A DNA stretch of 20,000 nt, taken from Eremomyces bilateralis CBS 781.70 (Eukaryota). The stretch is taken from assembly GCA_010015585.1 (NCBI GenBank), contig ML975154.1; one strand, given 5' to 3'. How positions within the stretch are numbered: the first letter of the stretch is position 1; each line of letters opens with the position of its first letter. Made by a program: the position numbers and the translations under genes. Positions 19,579 through 20,000 of the stretch are shown in pieces. Below the pieces are notes generated by a model. That model saw nothing but the letters and a program-made list of their open reading frames with translations, did not search any database and was not told the origin of the DNA.

Positions 19579-20000
19579 ATGTCGACCGCGTCCTTCCTCT
19601 CAAGTGAGTTATCTTCTATACCGCCAGATGAGATATATTTATCATCATCGCCCTCTCCTTCGTCTTCACCCTCAGATTCGACACCCCGACCAAAACGTCC
19701 TTCCCCAAGACGATCCCCTACAAGATATCGGCAGATTCGGCGTGTTACAGGGAAGAGAAGGCTTCAACCATTTGACAAATTCCGCGAAACAATGTACCTG
19801 TGGCGAGAGCAGCGGTTCACATTTAAAGAATTTCTCCGCGTCTGGTTACTATCGGATAAGCACCATGGTACCTTGGGAAGGACTACAAGGGTTGGATTAT
19901 TCCGTGAACTCTTAGAAGAGGAGGAAATCCGTGAGGTTGTTGGCCATCACCCCTCAAGCCGCCGTAATTGGCAACCTCTCCTCAAAGAACTTGATGGCTT
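19579..20000 (+). CDS. Partial hypothetical protein (5' end; open to the window end), divergent from RPL8
   Basis: ATG in a TTCACCATGT context after a CT-rich tract, followed by 140 uninterrupted codons: MSTASFLSSELSSIPPDEIYLSSSPSPSSSPSDSTPRPKRPSPRRSPTRYRQIRRVTGKRRLQPFDKFRETMYLWREQRFTFKEFLRVWLLSDKHHGTLGRTTRVGLFRELLEEEEIREVVGHHPSSRRNWQPLLKELDG... Confidence 0.65.
   Translation, partial: MSTASFLSSELSSIPPDEIYLSSSPSPSSSPSDSTPRPKRPSPRRSPTRYRQIRRVTGKRRLQPFDKFRETMYLWREQRFTFKEFLRVWLLSDKHHGTLGRTTRVGLFRELLEEEEIREVVGHHPSSRRNWQPLLKELDG

Overview
This is gene-dense genomic DNA from a filamentous ascomycete (Pezizomycotina; class not determinable). Evidence: short 44-62 nt GT..AG introns with CTRAC-type branch sites and typical fungal genes. 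Gene order: partial S/P/Q-rich ORF (-, runs off the left edge); noxA NADPH oxidase (-); 4.5 kb divergent intergenic region; noxD/pro41 p22phox homologue (+); Zn-dependent MDR/formaldehyde-dehydrogenase-like gene (-); tandem-GNAT acetyltransferase (-); DLT1 (+); Apd1-like 2Fe-2S protein (-); OB-fold protein (+); AHA1 (-); RPL8/eL8 (-); partial unknown ORF (+, runs off the right edge). Highlights: (1) The OB-fold protein looks like a compact SHLD2 (shieldin)-like protein, with an apparent REV7-binding-like N-terminus. (2) noxA lacks about 35 otherwise conserved residues of the FAD-binding domain, at a clean in-frame DP/DP junction. (3) A box C/D snoRNA resembling snR40 sits in an AHA1 5'-UTR intron. 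(4) An exact PRO1/ADV-1 motif lies between noxA and noxD. (5) RPL8 intron 1 has competing hairpins. All homology calls rest on recalled family sequences, not database searches.
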